DNA of 64,000 bases, taken from assembly GCA_040285855.1 (NCBI GenBank), contig JAUFOQ010000001.1, positions 1,550,001 to 1,614,000 on the forward strand, written 5' to 3'. Below are positions 49,847-62,300 of the stretch, one piece after another. This DNA is from Eukaryota sp. GEM-RC1. Its lineage: Eukaryota. The position numbers were made by a program, and so were the translations under genes. How positions within the stretch are numbered: position 1 is the stretch's first letter; each line of letters begins with the position of its first letter. Below the pieces are notes generated by a model, which saw nothing but the letters and a program-made list of their open reading frames with translations, did not search any database and was not told the DNA's origin.

Positions 49847-51571
49847 ATGACTGAGTTTTCCACCTTGCTGCTCCTGGATAAAGCATTGATGCTGTCACCC
49901 GAAGCCAAGAAGCTGAAACAATATCCTTCCGAGCAACTTGAACAGATCAAAGAATCCTTAGCCAAGGTGATGATGTACTGCGAGTCTCTTCATGGAAGTA
50001 ACCAAAAGCTCTTTTCTCTCAGGGTGATACAGTTCATGGTTTACCAGCGGGCAGTCAAGGGAGTTGGTCAACGTAGTCGTCTTGGGTTTTCCTTCCTCTT
50101 CACTCAGCTCTATCCCCGTTTTCCACAAACCTGTATGTCTCTCTTAGATCTGGTGGTGTCTAAATACGGCTCTTTTGCGGATGTTAATTGTCTCTCTTCT
50201 TGGTTTGCTCAGAACAATGACACAGAAGGAATGAAGAAACTGGCCGAATTCTGTGCTAAGCATGTCCAAGCTGATCTCCAAAAGCTCCTTGAACCAGTGG
50301 ATCCTTCAGCACTTAGCCATGGAGAATTGCTTGACGAGTTAAAGAAGTGTATGGACTCACCAAAGGCCAACGTAAGTGTTTCACTCATTGGGAAGTGGCT
50401 ACCAAGAAGAGGACATTGCTTTGAGAGCTTTCGGTTTAACGTTATGGATGCTTTATGGAACACCAATTTTTCAGAGGAAAAAGCTCAACTCTCGAAGAAA
50501 CTTTGCTTTTTCGAGAAGCTTTACAGAGTTGTATGTTCTTGCCTCAACAAGCACTTAAAGACCGTGGAAACTTTAATGTGCAGTAAGAACTTTAGCTCCA
50601 TTGTTCCTGCTCATGTACCTGCCGTGGCTCTTACGAAGATGAGGAAAGCATTTCTAAATGAGCTTGTCGAGGAACCAGTGCCTAGTCACATGATCGAAAC
50701 AGGAAACAGGCATCCAGACGACTTGGACAGAGTGACTTGTCGGCAGAACTTTAAGATGTGTGTGGAGAAAGGAGAAGTCAAAGGTTCAGCACAAGATGTT
50801 CAGTCTCTGTCGAAGTTGATCTTTAACCGCAGCCAACAGTCTGAATTGGAACAGCAACTCATCAGTAGCCAATGGCAAGCTATCAGAACTGAATTGGACG
50901 AACTTATTGCTGAAACTGAGAATGGCCGCCACGTGCTTCCAGTTATTGATGTTAGTGGATCAATGAGATGTTATAATGTGATGAACATTGCCATTGGTCT
51001 TGGAGTGTTGTGCTCTCAGTTATCCACAATTCCAAATCACTTCATCACCTTCCATGAGTCTCCTTCTGTGGTTAAGCTTGATCCCAGTGCTGACATCTTT
51101 TCTGTATTTAACAGTGTGCGGGCTGCTAAATGGGGAGGAAGCACTAACATGGATGGAACTTGTGATTTGGTTCTGGAGCTGCTGACCAGTAACAACATCC
51201 CAAATGACTATGTGTTCACCATTATAATCCTTACTGATGGTCAGTTCAACCAAATGATTAACGACAACTCAACCTTCTATGATCGAATGAAGAGAAAGTT
51301 TGAAGCTGCTGGTTATCCTCTCCCTCGAATTGTCTTCTGGAATTTGAACTCTAGCTCTCCAGGTTTCCCTGTGCATGGAAAGCAAGAAGGAGTTCAAATG
51401 GTGTCTGGTTATAGCCAAACATTGTTGCAACAGGTACTATCTCAGGATTTTACCTTGGAGACCTTACAATCTCTTACTCCAGAACAGACACTACGAGATG
51501 CATTGGAAGGCTTTGTAGATGTAGAAGAATGTGTCTTGAATGTTGGGGAAGATATTTTTGATAGTAAATAA
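49847..51571 (+). CDS. DUF2828-like/vWA copy 9 (upstream ATG mutated to ATC at 49745; 574 aa from the second Met)
   Basis: TCTAATCAAACGT versus TCTGATGAAACGT in neighbouring copies; the frame is otherwise open. Confidence 0.8.
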   Translation: MTEFSTLLLLDKALMLSPEAKKLKQYPSEQLEQIKESLAKVMMYCESLHGSNQKLFSLRVIQFMVYQRAVKGVGQRSRLGFSFLFTQLYPRFPQTCMSLLDLVVSKYGSFADVNCLSSWFAQNNDTEGMKKLAEFCAKHVQADLQKLLEPVDPSALSHGELLDELKKCMDSPKANVSVSLIGKWLPRRGHCFESFRFNVMDALWNTNFSEEKAQLSKKLCFFEKLYRVVCSCLNKHLKTVETLMCSKNFSSIVPAHVPAVALTKMRKAFLNELVEEPVPSHMIETGNRHPDDLDRVTCRQNFKMCVEKGEVKGSAQDVQSLSKLIFNRSQQSELEQQLISSQWQAIRTELDELIAETENGRHVLPVIDVSGSMRCYNVMNIAIGLGVLCSQLSTIPNHFITFHESPSVVKLDPSADIFSVFNSVRAAKWGGSTNMDGTCDLVLELLTSNNIPNDYVFTIIILTDGQFNQMINDNSTFYDRMKRKFEAAGYPLPRIVFWNLNSSSPGFPVHGKQEGVQMVSGYSQTLLQQVLSQDFTLETLQSLTPEQTLRDALEGFVDVEECVLNVGEDIFDSK

Positions 51572-52570
51572 ATATAAACTATCATTTGGTCATTTTTTCC
51601 TTTTAATTTGTATTCCTGTTTTAGAGTACTACTTACACTTCATTACAACTCCGCAGATTTTATACATCAATAGATAGTATGTAACAACAAACATGTGTAC
51701 AATCATAAACCCTTCGTTAGTAACTATAATAGTAAAGACATAATTTTTAAAAATGTAATAAATTACAGAGTCAAAAAATGGATAACATAAAACAACACCT
51801 ATCACTATCATTTGCTAGCACAGCTCTATTTTCATAAAAGTGATTGCTAATAAAGCAGTGAAGAAGAACATGTGAATTGTTATAACAACTGCAACAAAAA
51901 TACGAATCAACCATAATGTGTTATTAAAACGGTTTTTCTTCCTCCTTTTACGATTCTTCCGAAATCATTTAACAATTTCAATGCACTTTTTCCTGAATCA
52001 TATTAAATTGATACATCAAAATGAATGATACAATTTATAGTCAACATGGTTTATGTTTGTTTAAGAGCTATCAATGGTTTTTGCTGTTTGCAAAAAACCT
52101 TGTATCCTGTTTGACATCTACAAAAAAACAGTCGGAACGGATTTGCTAAGCAATTCTTCTACATAGAGCAAACCGACTACGTCGAAACCACAATGAAGCA
52201 AAAAAATTCTCTCATTCTAACGGAACAAATCGGAACAATGTTTAAATAGATATACCAGCATGGTGAGACGCTATGACACAACTTTTAATTTCATTTATGT
52301 TGCTACATTAAATGCAGGTAATAGCCCTCCGGGATGCATAGAAAGATATGTATTATCTTTTGTCCTGTAATCCAGCATTGTTTTTGGTGGAAGAGAAACA
52401 AATTTTAAAGGTCAAAGTGACGTTTGGTGGGTGCTTGCAAAACTATTAATGACGGCTTTGAGACTTGGTGAGGGCTCGCTAAGCTTGTAGGCTACAATTG
52501 TGTATCAACTCACTAACATCACCTAAGATGAATAACTGATATATTTTTTGTTTAGCCTTATGATGAATTT

Positions 52571-53152
52571 AAAGTCTGTTTGTTTGGTAGTTCCAGTGGA
52601 AGTGAAGACAATATCTCATTGACTGAAGTTTGAAAAATTACTTGTTCCATAACTAAAATCAATTTCAGACAAAACAGTATTGACAGATCGGCCATTCCAT
52701 CATTGACTGACGTATTGAAAGTTAATGGTACAATAGCCGACATTGAGCTTATCAATCATTTTAATTTGTCCACTCAAGGGGTAATATTAGCTGCTATACT
52801 AAATTTTGACTCATGTATTACCACTATTAGTCTATACAACAACGATCCTGGTAGTAATGGTGCCATCGCTTTGGCTGACGTATTGAAAATTAATAATTTT
52901 ATTACTGCAATTATTTTAGGTCGTAGTTGTATTGGTCGCGAAGGAATTGAGGGGTTTGTCAAAATTTTGACAATCAATGGATCTGTTGTAGACATTATTT
53001 TCAGTCACAACGCTATTGATAATGATCGAGCTAGGGCATTGGCTGTAGCTGTGATGGATATTGACTGCTAGAATTAATTTGTGTAGTAATCATGTTGATC
53101 TTGAAAACTGCGAATGATTTGAAATCTTTCAGACCATCGTGTTATTGTTTAA
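52571..53152 (+). pseudogene. RI-like LRR pseudogene, unit 10
   Basis: As unit 7. Confidence 0.75.
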
Positions 53153-53937
53153 ATGCCGAATTTTGATTTTCCAGAAATGTTGAATAACTCGTGATATATC
53201 CCACTTCAGTAATATCTCCTTGACTACAGTCCTTAACTCAAAGCATATCGTTCTAATACTCAAACGCTCAAGTTAAGAAATGCAAACCTAACACATTTTC
53301 ATTGTAATACGTGATTGTATTTTCATGTGTTGTTATTTTGCAACTTCAATAACAACACTAAGTCTACAATGCCGGCTCTATCCTTACATAACACAAGCAA
53401 AGGATGAAAAGAGAAGATTAATGTAAGTGACGTGTTTGTGTCGGGTTTTGCTATAGAGTGTGTCTAGAACTCTTATGACAGTGTGTACGATATCTCCTAA
53501 AATACACATTGTGAATGTATGTATTCACTGTTTGTGTTGCGCTCTGACTTTGAAGCCAAAAAATAAGCAGTTGTGAACGTGCTTACTGATTATGCACTTA
53601 GATAAGAGATCGGTCGGTGGAGAACCAATGATCGAACATCGTAAGTTTGGTCATGACAGAATTAGTCATAAACCGAGGGGAATCTGGATGTTGATTGTTG
53701 GTATTTCCCACTACTACAACGAATAAAAATAAGCGTTGTTTGTGAGCACAAGAAAAATTACTCAAAAACAACTCCTGAACTTTCCAGACAAGTGTGTAAG
53801 CCACTGAAACTAACAAACTGTCTTGTAGGCGATGGAACCTCCAGAGGAGCAAAGTTTTCGTATCAACACAAACACGTCACTTTGAAAACACGTAGTTCTG
53901 GGAAGTACGAAATTTAAATCCTTCAGTACACATTCTG

Positions 53938-55764
53938 ATGAAACGTCTTTGTTCTTTAACAAACGATTCTTCTGAAGCTCAAATCCACATTCCTAAAACC
54001 AAGACGTGGAATGGAGACACTAACGTATCAGAAGATGCCATGACTGAGTTTTCCACCTTGCTGCTCCTGGATAAAGCCTTGATGCTGTCACCCGAAGCCA
54101 AGAAGCTGAAACAATATCCCTCCGAGCAACTTGAACAGATCAAAGAATCCTTAGCCAAGGTGATGATGTACTGCGAGTCTCTTCATGGAAGTAACCAAAA
54201 GCTCTTTTCTCTCAGGGTGATACAGTTCATGGTTTACCAGCGGGCAGTCAAGGGAGTTGGTCAACGTAGTCGTCTTGGGTTTTCCTTCCTCTTCACTCAG
54301 CTCTATCCCCGTTTTCCACAAACCTGTATGTCTCTCTTAGATCTGGTGGTGTCTAAATACGGCTCTTTTGCGGATGTTAATTGTCTCTCTTCTTGGTTTG
54401 CTCAGAACAATGACACAGAAGGAATGAAGAAACTGGCCGAATTCTGTGCTAAGCATGTCCAATCTGATCTCCAAAAGCTCCTTGACCCAGCGGATCCTTT
54501 AGCACTTAGCCATGGAGAATTACTTGACGAGTTGAAGAAGTGTATAGACTCACCAAAGCCCAACGTAAGTGTTTCACTCATTGGGAAGTGGCTACCAAGA
54601 AGAGGACATTGCTTTGAGAGCTTTCGGTTTTACGTTATGGATGCTTTATGGAACACCAATTTCTCACAGGAAAAAGCTCAAAACTCCAAGAAACTTTGCT
54701 TTTTCGAGAAACTTTACAGAGTTGTATGTTCTTGCCTCAACAAGCACTTAAAGACCGTGGAAACTTTAATGTGCAGTAAGAACTTTAGCTCCATTGTTCC
54801 TGCTCATGTACCTGCCGTGGCTCTGACGAAGATGAGGAAAGCATTTCTAAATGAGCTTGTCGAGGAACCAGTGCCTAGTCACATGATCGAAACAGGAAAC
54901 AGGCATCCAGACGACTTGGACAGAGTGACTTGTCGGCAGAACTTTAAGATGTGTGTGGAGAAAGGAGAAGTCAAAGGTTCAGCACAAGATGTTCAGTCTC
55001 TGTCGAAGTTGATCTTTAACCGCAGCCAACAGTCTGAATTGGAACAGCAACTCATCAGTAGCCAATGGCAAGCTATCAGAACTGAATTGGACGAACTTAT
55101 TGCTGAAACTGAGAATGGCCGCCACGTGCTTCCAGTTATTGATGTTAGTGGATCAATGAGATGTTATAATGTGATGAACATTGCCATTGGTCTTGGAGTG
55201 TTGTGCTCTCAGTTATCCACAATTCCAAATCACTTCATCACCTTCCATGAGTCTCCTTCTGTGGTTAAGCTTGATCCCAGTGCTGACATCTTTTCTGTAT
55301 TTAACAGTGTGCGGGCTGCTAAATGGGGAGGAAGCACTAACATGGATGGAACTTGTGATTTGGTTCTGGAGCTGCTGACCAGTAACAACATCCCAAATGA
55401 CTATGTGTTCACCATTATGATCCTTACTGATGGTCAGTTCAACCAAATGATTAACGACAACTCAACCTTCTATGATCGAATGAAGAGAAAGTTTGAAGCT
55501 GCTGGTTATCCTCTCCCTCGAATTGTCTTCTGGAATTTGAACTCTAGCTCTCCAGGTTTCCCTGTGCATGGAAAGCAAGAAGGAGTTCAAATGGTGTCTG
55601 GTTATAGCCAAACATTGTTGCAACAGGTACTATCTCAGGATTTTACCTTGGAGACCTTACAATCTCTTACTCCAGAACAGACACTACGAGATGCATTGGA
55701 AGGCTTTGTAGATGTAGAAGAATGTGTCTTGAATGTTGGGGAAGATATTTTTGATAGTAAATAA
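53938..55764 (+). CDS. DUF2828-like/vWA copy 10, intact 608 aa
   Basis: Full ORF with all motifs. Confidence 0.85.
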   Translation: MKRLCSLTNDSSEAQIHIPKTKTWNGDTNVSEDAMTEFSTLLLLDKALMLSPEAKKLKQYPSEQLEQIKESLAKVMMYCESLHGSNQKLFSLRVIQFMVYQRAVKGVGQRSRLGFSFLFTQLYPRFPQTCMSLLDLVVSKYGSFADVNCLSSWFAQNNDTEGMKKLAEFCAKHVQSDLQKLLDPADPLALSHGELLDELKKCIDSPKPNVSVSLIGKWLPRRGHCFESFRFYVMDALWNTNFSQEKAQNSKKLCFFEKLYRVVCSCLNKHLKTVETLMCSKNFSSIVPAHVPAVALTKMRKAFLNELVEEPVPSHMIETGNRHPDDLDRVTCRQNFKMCVEKGEVKGSAQDVQSLSKLIFNRSQQSELEQQLISSQWQAIRTELDELIAETENGRHVLPVIDVSGSMRCYNVMNIAIGLGVLCSQLSTIPNHFITFHESPSVVKLDPSADIFSVFNSVRAAKWGGSTNMDGTCDLVLELLTSNNIPNDYVFTIMILTDGQFNQMINDNSTFYDRMKRKFEAAGYPLPRIVFWNLNSSSPGFPVHGKQEGVQMVSGYSQTLLQQVLSQDFTLETLQSLTPEQTLRDALEGFVDVEECVLNVGEDIFDSK

Positions 55765-56761
55765 ATATAAACTATCATTTGGTCATTTTTTCCTTTTAAT
55801 TTGTATTCCTGTTTTAGAGTACTACTTACACTTCATTACAACTCCGCAGATTTTATACATCAATAGATAGTATGTAACAACAAACATGTGTACAATCATA
55901 AACCCTTCGTTAGTAACTATAATAGTAAAGACATAATTTTTAAAAATGTAATAAATTACAGAGTCAAAAATGGATAACATAAAACAACACCTATCACAAT
56001 CATTTGCTAGCACAGCTCTATTTTCATAAAAGTGATTGCTAATAAAGCAGTGAAGAAGAACATGTGAATTGTTATAACAACTGCAACAAAAATACGAATC
56101 AACCATACTATGTGATTAAAACGGTTTTTCTTCCTCCTTTTACGATTCTTCCGAAATCATTTAACAATTTCAATGCACTTTTTCCTGAATCATATTAAAT
56201 TGATACATCAAAATGAATGATACAATTTATAGTCAACATGGTTTATGTTTGTTTAAGAGCTATCAATGGTTTTTGCTGTTTGCAAAAACCTTGTATCCTG
56301 TTTGACATCTACAAAAAAACAGTCGGAACGGATTTGCTAAGCAATTCTTCTACATAGAGCAAACCGACTACGTTGAAACCACAATGAAGCAAAAAAATTC
56401 TCTCATTCTAACGGAACAAATCGGAACAATGTTTAAATAGATATACCAGCATGTTGAGGCGCTATGACACAACTTTTAATTTCATTTATGTTGCTACATT
56501 AAATGCAGGTAATAGCCCTCCGGGATGCATAGAAAGATATGTATTATCTTTTGTCCTGTAATCCAGCATTGTTTTTGGTGGAAGAGAAACAAATTTTAAA
56601 GGTCAAAGTGACGTTTGGTGGGTGCTTGCAAAACTATTAATGACGGCTTTGAGACTTGGTGAGGGCTCGCTAAGCTTGTAGGCTACAATTGTGTATCAAC
56701 TCACTAACATCACCTGAGATGAATAACTGATATATTTTTTGTTTAGCCTTATGATGAATTT

Positions 56762-57343
56762 AAAGTCTGTTTGTTTGGTAGTTCCAGTGGAAGTGAAGGC
56801 AATATCTCATTGACTGAAGTTTGAAAAATTACTTGTTCCATAACTAAAATCAATTTCAGACAAAACAGTATTGACAGATCGGCCATTCCATCATTGACTG
56901 ACGTATTGAAAGTTAATGGTACAATAGCCGACATTGAGCTTATCAATCATTTTAATTTGTCCACTCAAGGGGTAATATTAGCTGCTATACTAAATTTTGA
57001 CTCATGTATTACCACTATTAGTCTCTACAACAACGATCCTGGTAGTAATGGTGCCATCGCTTTGGCTGACGTATTGAAAATTAATAATTTTATTACTGCA
57101 ATTATTTTAGGTCGTAGTTGTATTGGTCGCGAAGGAATTGAGGGGTTTGTCAAAGTTTTGACAATCAATGGATCTGTTGTAGACATTATTTTCAGTCACA
57201 ACGCTATTGATAATGATCGAGCTAGGGCATTGGCTGTAGCTGTGATGGATAATGACTGCTAGAATTAATTTGTGTAGTAATCATGTTGATCTGAAAAACT
57301 GCGAATGATTTGAAATCTTTCAGACCATCGTGTTATTGTTTAA
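56762..57343 (+). pseudogene. RI-like LRR pseudogene, unit 11
   Basis: As unit 7. Confidence 0.75.
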
Positions 57344-58128
57344 ATGCCGAATTTTGATTTTCCAGAAATGTTGAATAACTCGTGATATATCCCACTTCAG
57401 TAATATCGCCTTGACTACAGTCCTTAACTCAAAGCATATCGTTCTAATACTCAAACGCTCAAGTTAAGAAATGCAAACCTAACACATTTTCATTGTATTA
57501 CGTGATTGTATTTTCATGTGTTGTTATTTTGCAACTTCAATAACAACACTAAGTCTACAATGCCGGCTCTATCCTTACATAACACAAGCAAAGGATGAAA
57601 AGAGAAGATTAATGTAAGTGACGTGTTTGTGTCGGGTTTTGCTATAGAGTGTGTCTAGAACTCTTATGACAGTGTGTACGATATCTCCTAAAATACACAT
57701 TGTGAATGTATATATTCACTGTTTGTGTTGCGCTCTGACTTTGAAGCCAAAAATTAAGCAGTTGTGAACGTGCTTACTGATTATGCACTTAGATAAGAGA
57801 TCGGTCGGTGGAGAACCAAGGATCGAACGAAGAAAGTTTGGTCATAACAGAATTGGTCATAAACCGAGGGGAATTTGCATTTTGATTGTTGGTATTTCCC
57901 ACTACTACAACGAATAGAAATAAGCGTTGTATGTGAGCACAAGAAAAATTACTCAAAAACAACTTCTGAACTTTCCAGACAAGTGTGTAAGCCACTGAAA
58001 CTAACAAACTGCCTTGTAGGCGATGGAACCTACAGAGGAGCAAAGTTTTCATATCAACACAAACACGTCACTTTGAAAACACGTAGTTCTGGGAAGTACG
58101 AAATTTAAATCATTCAGTACACATTCTG

Positions 58129-59268
58129 ATGAAACGTCTTTGTTCTTTAACAAACGATTCTTCTGAAGCTCAAATCCACATTCCTAAAACCAAGACGTGG
58201 AATGGAGACACTAACGTATCAGAAGATGCCATGACTGAGTTTTCCACCTTGCTGCTCCTGGATAAAGCATTGATGCTGTCACCCGAAGCCAAGAAGCTGA
58301 AACAATATCCTTCCGAGCAACTTGAACAGATCAAAGAATCCTTAGCCAAGGTGATGATGTACTGCGAGTCTCTTCATGGAAGTAACCAAAAGCTCTTTTC
58401 TCTCAGGGTGATACAGTTCATGGTTTTACCAGCGGGCAGTCAAGGGAGTTGGTCAACGTAGTCGTCTTGGGTTTTCCTTCCTCTTCACTCAGCTCCATCC
58501 CCGTTTTCCACAAACCTGTATGTCTCTCTTAGATCTGGTGGTGTCTAAATACGGCTCTTTTGCGGATGTTAATTGTCTCTGTTCTTGGTTTGCTCAGAAC
58601 AATGACACAGAAGGAATGAAGAAACTGGCCGAATTCTGTGCTAAGCATGTCCAAGCTGATCTCCAAAAGCTCCTTGAACCAGTGGATCCTTCAGCACTTA
58701 GCAATGGAGAATTGCTTGACGAGTTAAAGAAGTGTATGGACTCACCAAAGGCCAACGTAAGTGTTTCACTCATTGGGAAGTGGCTACCAAGAAGAGGACA
58801 TTGCTTTGAGAGCTTTCGGTTTTACGTTATGGATGCTTTATGGAACACCAATTTTTCAGAGGAAAAAGCTCAACTCTCGAAGAAACTTTGCTTTTTCGAG
58901 AAGCTTTACAGAGTTGTATGTTCTTGCCTCAACAAGCACTTAAAGACCGTGGAAACTTTAATGTGCAGTAAGAACTTTAGCTCCATTGTTCCTGCTCATG
59001 TACCTGCCGTGGCTCTTACGAAGATGAGGAAAGCATTTCTAAATGAGCTTGTCGAGGAACCAGTGCCTAGTCACATGATCGAAACAGGAAACAGGCATCC
59101 AGACGACTTGGACAGAGTGACTTGTCGGCAGAACTTTAAGATGTGTGTGGAGAAAGGAGAAGTCAAAGGTTCAGCACAAGATGTTCAGTCTCTGTCGAAG
59201 TTGATCTTTAACCGCAGCCAACAGTCTGAATTGGAACAGCAACTCATCAGTAGCCAATGGCAAGCTAT
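58129..59268 (+). pseudogene. DUF2828-like copy 11, interrupted just before the vWA domain by gypsy element 2
   Basis: Identity to other copies stops at ...TGGCAAGCTAT (59268), then TGTTG begins. Also +1 T at ~58425. Confidence 0.9.
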
Positions 59269-59334
59269 TGTTGTCTGTAGACATAGGGTGAAGTAAATTG
59301 AATTTATTATAAGGGTACTGTTCCAGTACTAACA
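59269..59334 (-). repeat. 3' LTR of element 2 (66 bp)
   Basis: Bounded by host gene sequence on one side and the pol stop/PPT on the other; TGTT...AACA inverted ends. Confidence 0.85.
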
Positions 59335-59352
59335 CTACTTTTTCCCCTTTCT
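59335..59352 (-). promoter_or_regulatory. Polypurine tract of element 2, overlapping the last pol codons
   Basis: Minus strand AGAAAGGGGAAAAAGTAG (RKGKK*) directly precedes TGTTAG. Confidence 0.85.
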
Positions 59353-62300
59353 CGAGGATCTGGTCCTCTTGGCAGGTGGAGAGGCACGGCTGGAACTACC
59401 CTGAACGCTTCGTTTCTTTCTAGTAGGTGGCTTGTAGGAGGGATTAGATTTAATAAACTCGGAATACGCTTTGGTGTTCTTTATTTGATCCAAAGGCACC
59501 TCGGTGGTATCACCATCGAACCAGACGACTGAACAAACAGGTCCTGAGGATGAGTCGGATTGGAACAGCACCTTAATCACGATCATTTCCTCTGAGTCAC
59601 AGGAGGTGACAGCTTTGTGGAACTCGTCAGACGAGGGTTTGTCAGTGAGGCATTTCTTACATTGGTGAACACTAGATTTGAACTGATGTCCAGTGATAAT
59701 GTTCTGTAAGATAAGAGAGCTTGCGGTGGGCGTGTCGATGACCAGGAATGGACCTTCGAGCTTGCCGTGAAGCTTCTTAGTTTTGGAGTTAGTCTTGAGG
59801 CAGTTATCACGGGTTGAGTGGAAGATTGATTGATCTCTGCTTCTTCCCGATTTTTCAAAATTCTTTGAATTTTTGATTGATAATCTGCCAAAAAGGAATC
59901 TTCTGATTGGCTTTCCTGTGAGAGACAAGCTAGGATCTTGCTGGGATCGCTACCAGGGCTGGTGGCTGATCCAAACATGAGTTGGTATGGGGTGAAACCT
60001 GTCACTCTACTCTTAGTTGTGTTAACTAACAGTTGTACAATTGGAATGTTCTTGGACCAGTTGTCTGGTTCGTTAAAATCGCTAAGCATCTTTCTTAATG
60101 ACTGCAGGATGTCTCTGTGGCGACGTTCCACTAATCCGTTGCTTTGCGAAAAACTGGGGATGGATTTCTCCGTATCGATGTCAAAAGCCTGACACACGCC
60201 ATTAAAGACATGGTTGGCAAACTCCTTGCCATTATCGCTATGAATCAGATGGGGTATACCAAAGATGGCACATACATTACACACTAGTGCATGAGCGGTT
60301 TCTTGGGCATTGAGCTCCTTCAAGGGACATAAAACTGTAAACGAGTCTATGAATACGAGAAGGTGACAGTTTTCGGAGGTGTCTGTCGGCAAAGGTCCAA
60401 TGGTGTCAGCGTTCATTTTGCCAAATGGTTTGTCTGCCCATAGGTTACCTGATGGTTTGATTTTGAGTTTTGCAAGGGGAGCTGTCTTTTGACGAGCTGG
60501 GCATTGCATGCAGTGTTTCTTCATATCTTTGGCCAATTTAGGCCAGAAATAGTCACTAGAGTTCAGCCGATCAATGCTGACTCTTAGGCTGGGGTGGCCT
60601 GCGTGAGGAAAACCGTGGATGTGGTTCATCGATGTGTTCCGAAGACTCATGGGGATGAGTATCTTACCATCGCTATTTAGGAATAGCTGGAGCTCGTCGT
60701 TGTATACAGCAGTGGGATGTTGAAACGTTACGTCGTTGTTGTTCTTGGCTTCTATTTGTGTGGAGCGTACTTTGGATAGCCAAGCGTCAAAGATTTTTGA
60801 CTTGTTGATTAATGGTTCACTAATCCAGTTGATTGACTCGGAGGTCAGTGATTGATATTCCATATCGTCATCAGTACGACATAGTCCATCGACTCTAGAG
60901 AACATCGGCTCAGGGCAAGATGTGACTAGGTTTATGTTTTCGGGTTGAGAGGTTTCAATGTTTCGAGATAACATATCTGCCCAGAAGTTGTCTGCTCCCA
61001 CGGTGTGGATTATCGGGAATTGGAATTCGCTCAGGATAGGTATCCAGCGTTTGACTACTTTGTTCTTCTCGGGTGCTGAGATGAGGAAAGCTAGGTTTCT
61101 ATGATCTGTAAAGATGGTTAGGTCCCTGCTTAGGAGGAATGATGACATGGGTGATTCCGTTAGGATCAGAACAATAGCGTACAACTCTTTCTGAATTGTT
61201 GCCCAGTTCCGTTGAGATTCCGTCAGGAGTTTGCTGTAGAAAGCTAGTGGAATAACTTTCCTGTTGTTCAAAGGAGTTCCATCTTGTGCGTTAGGAGGTA
61301 TTTCCTGCCAAATGACACCACCTACAGCGTTATCACTGGCGTCTGCACTAATCAGCACACGTTGATCCCTGTCTGGTAGACTGAGAGGCATGTGATTGAT
61401 AATCTTATTTCTGATTGTCTCAAAATTAGATTGATGGAGTGAAGTCCATTTTACTGAACGAGCGTTGTTCTTGACTAAGTATATGATTGGTGCCAGAAGG
61501 TCTGACGCACCTGGAATAAAAGTCTTTTATGTAGTTAATCGAACCCACGAAGCTACGAACTTCTTTGATTGTGGTTGGTACGGGCAACTCTAGGAGAGCT
61601 GTGATACGCGATGGGTCAATACTGCGTGTATTGTTAACGAACTTACTACCCAAGATCTTTAGTGGGTGTTTCTTTGTCACAAGGTGGCATTTGGGTAGGC
61701 CAAGGTTGACTCTACGTGTTAATGCTTTAGTCAGAACGAATCTGATTCGGCCCATAAACTCTTCGAATGTGCGGCCTACTATGATTATGTCATCGATGTA
61801 AATGAATATGCCCTCATGGTCGAATCTTTCATACATCAAATTTTTTGGAAAATTGCCTCGGTTACTACTATCGATGTTCTATGGGAGGTTCAATTCGAGT
61901 ACGCGAGTTAGAGCTTTGATCTCATCAGAAACACAGTAGTCACCGGTAAGTTGGTACCTACGTTGATCGGGTGAACTGCATATGTTACCATTGAGCTGAA
62001 CTGTTCTTTGGAGTTGAATCTCAGCTGAATTCCTTTGAACACGTTCAAGGACCATTCGGAAATCCATTGAATATATGAATTTGACCGTGGATTCCTTCTC
62101 ACAGAGGACTCTTCTAGTGTAGAAGTCAATCATCGTAGGAAGACAATTGATGCCGTCTTGGTGAGGGACATACGAGTATATTGAGGAAAACTCCTGTAAA
62201 GGCACAATATATTCTTGGTCCTGTTTGTATCATCGAGTTTTGTGTGGTGCAACCGGAATTAATAGATTGTTTAATTACAGTCTACAAAGCTATCAATAGA

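Larger units (their letters stand above)
15317..59268 (+). repeat. Tandem array of 11 units (~4.13-4.19 kb), each with an LRR pseudogene and a DUF2828-like gene
   Basis: Equivalent start positions at 16375, 20548, 24723, 28897, 33043, 37177, 41367, 45555, 49745, 53938 and 58129. Units are near-identical with blocks of SNPs. Confidence 0.98.

Noticed and set aside
15317..59268. Array as a pure assembly duplication artefact
   Set aside because: Units differ by coherent SNP blocks, indels and a non-homologous spacer block. Exact copy number still needs read support.
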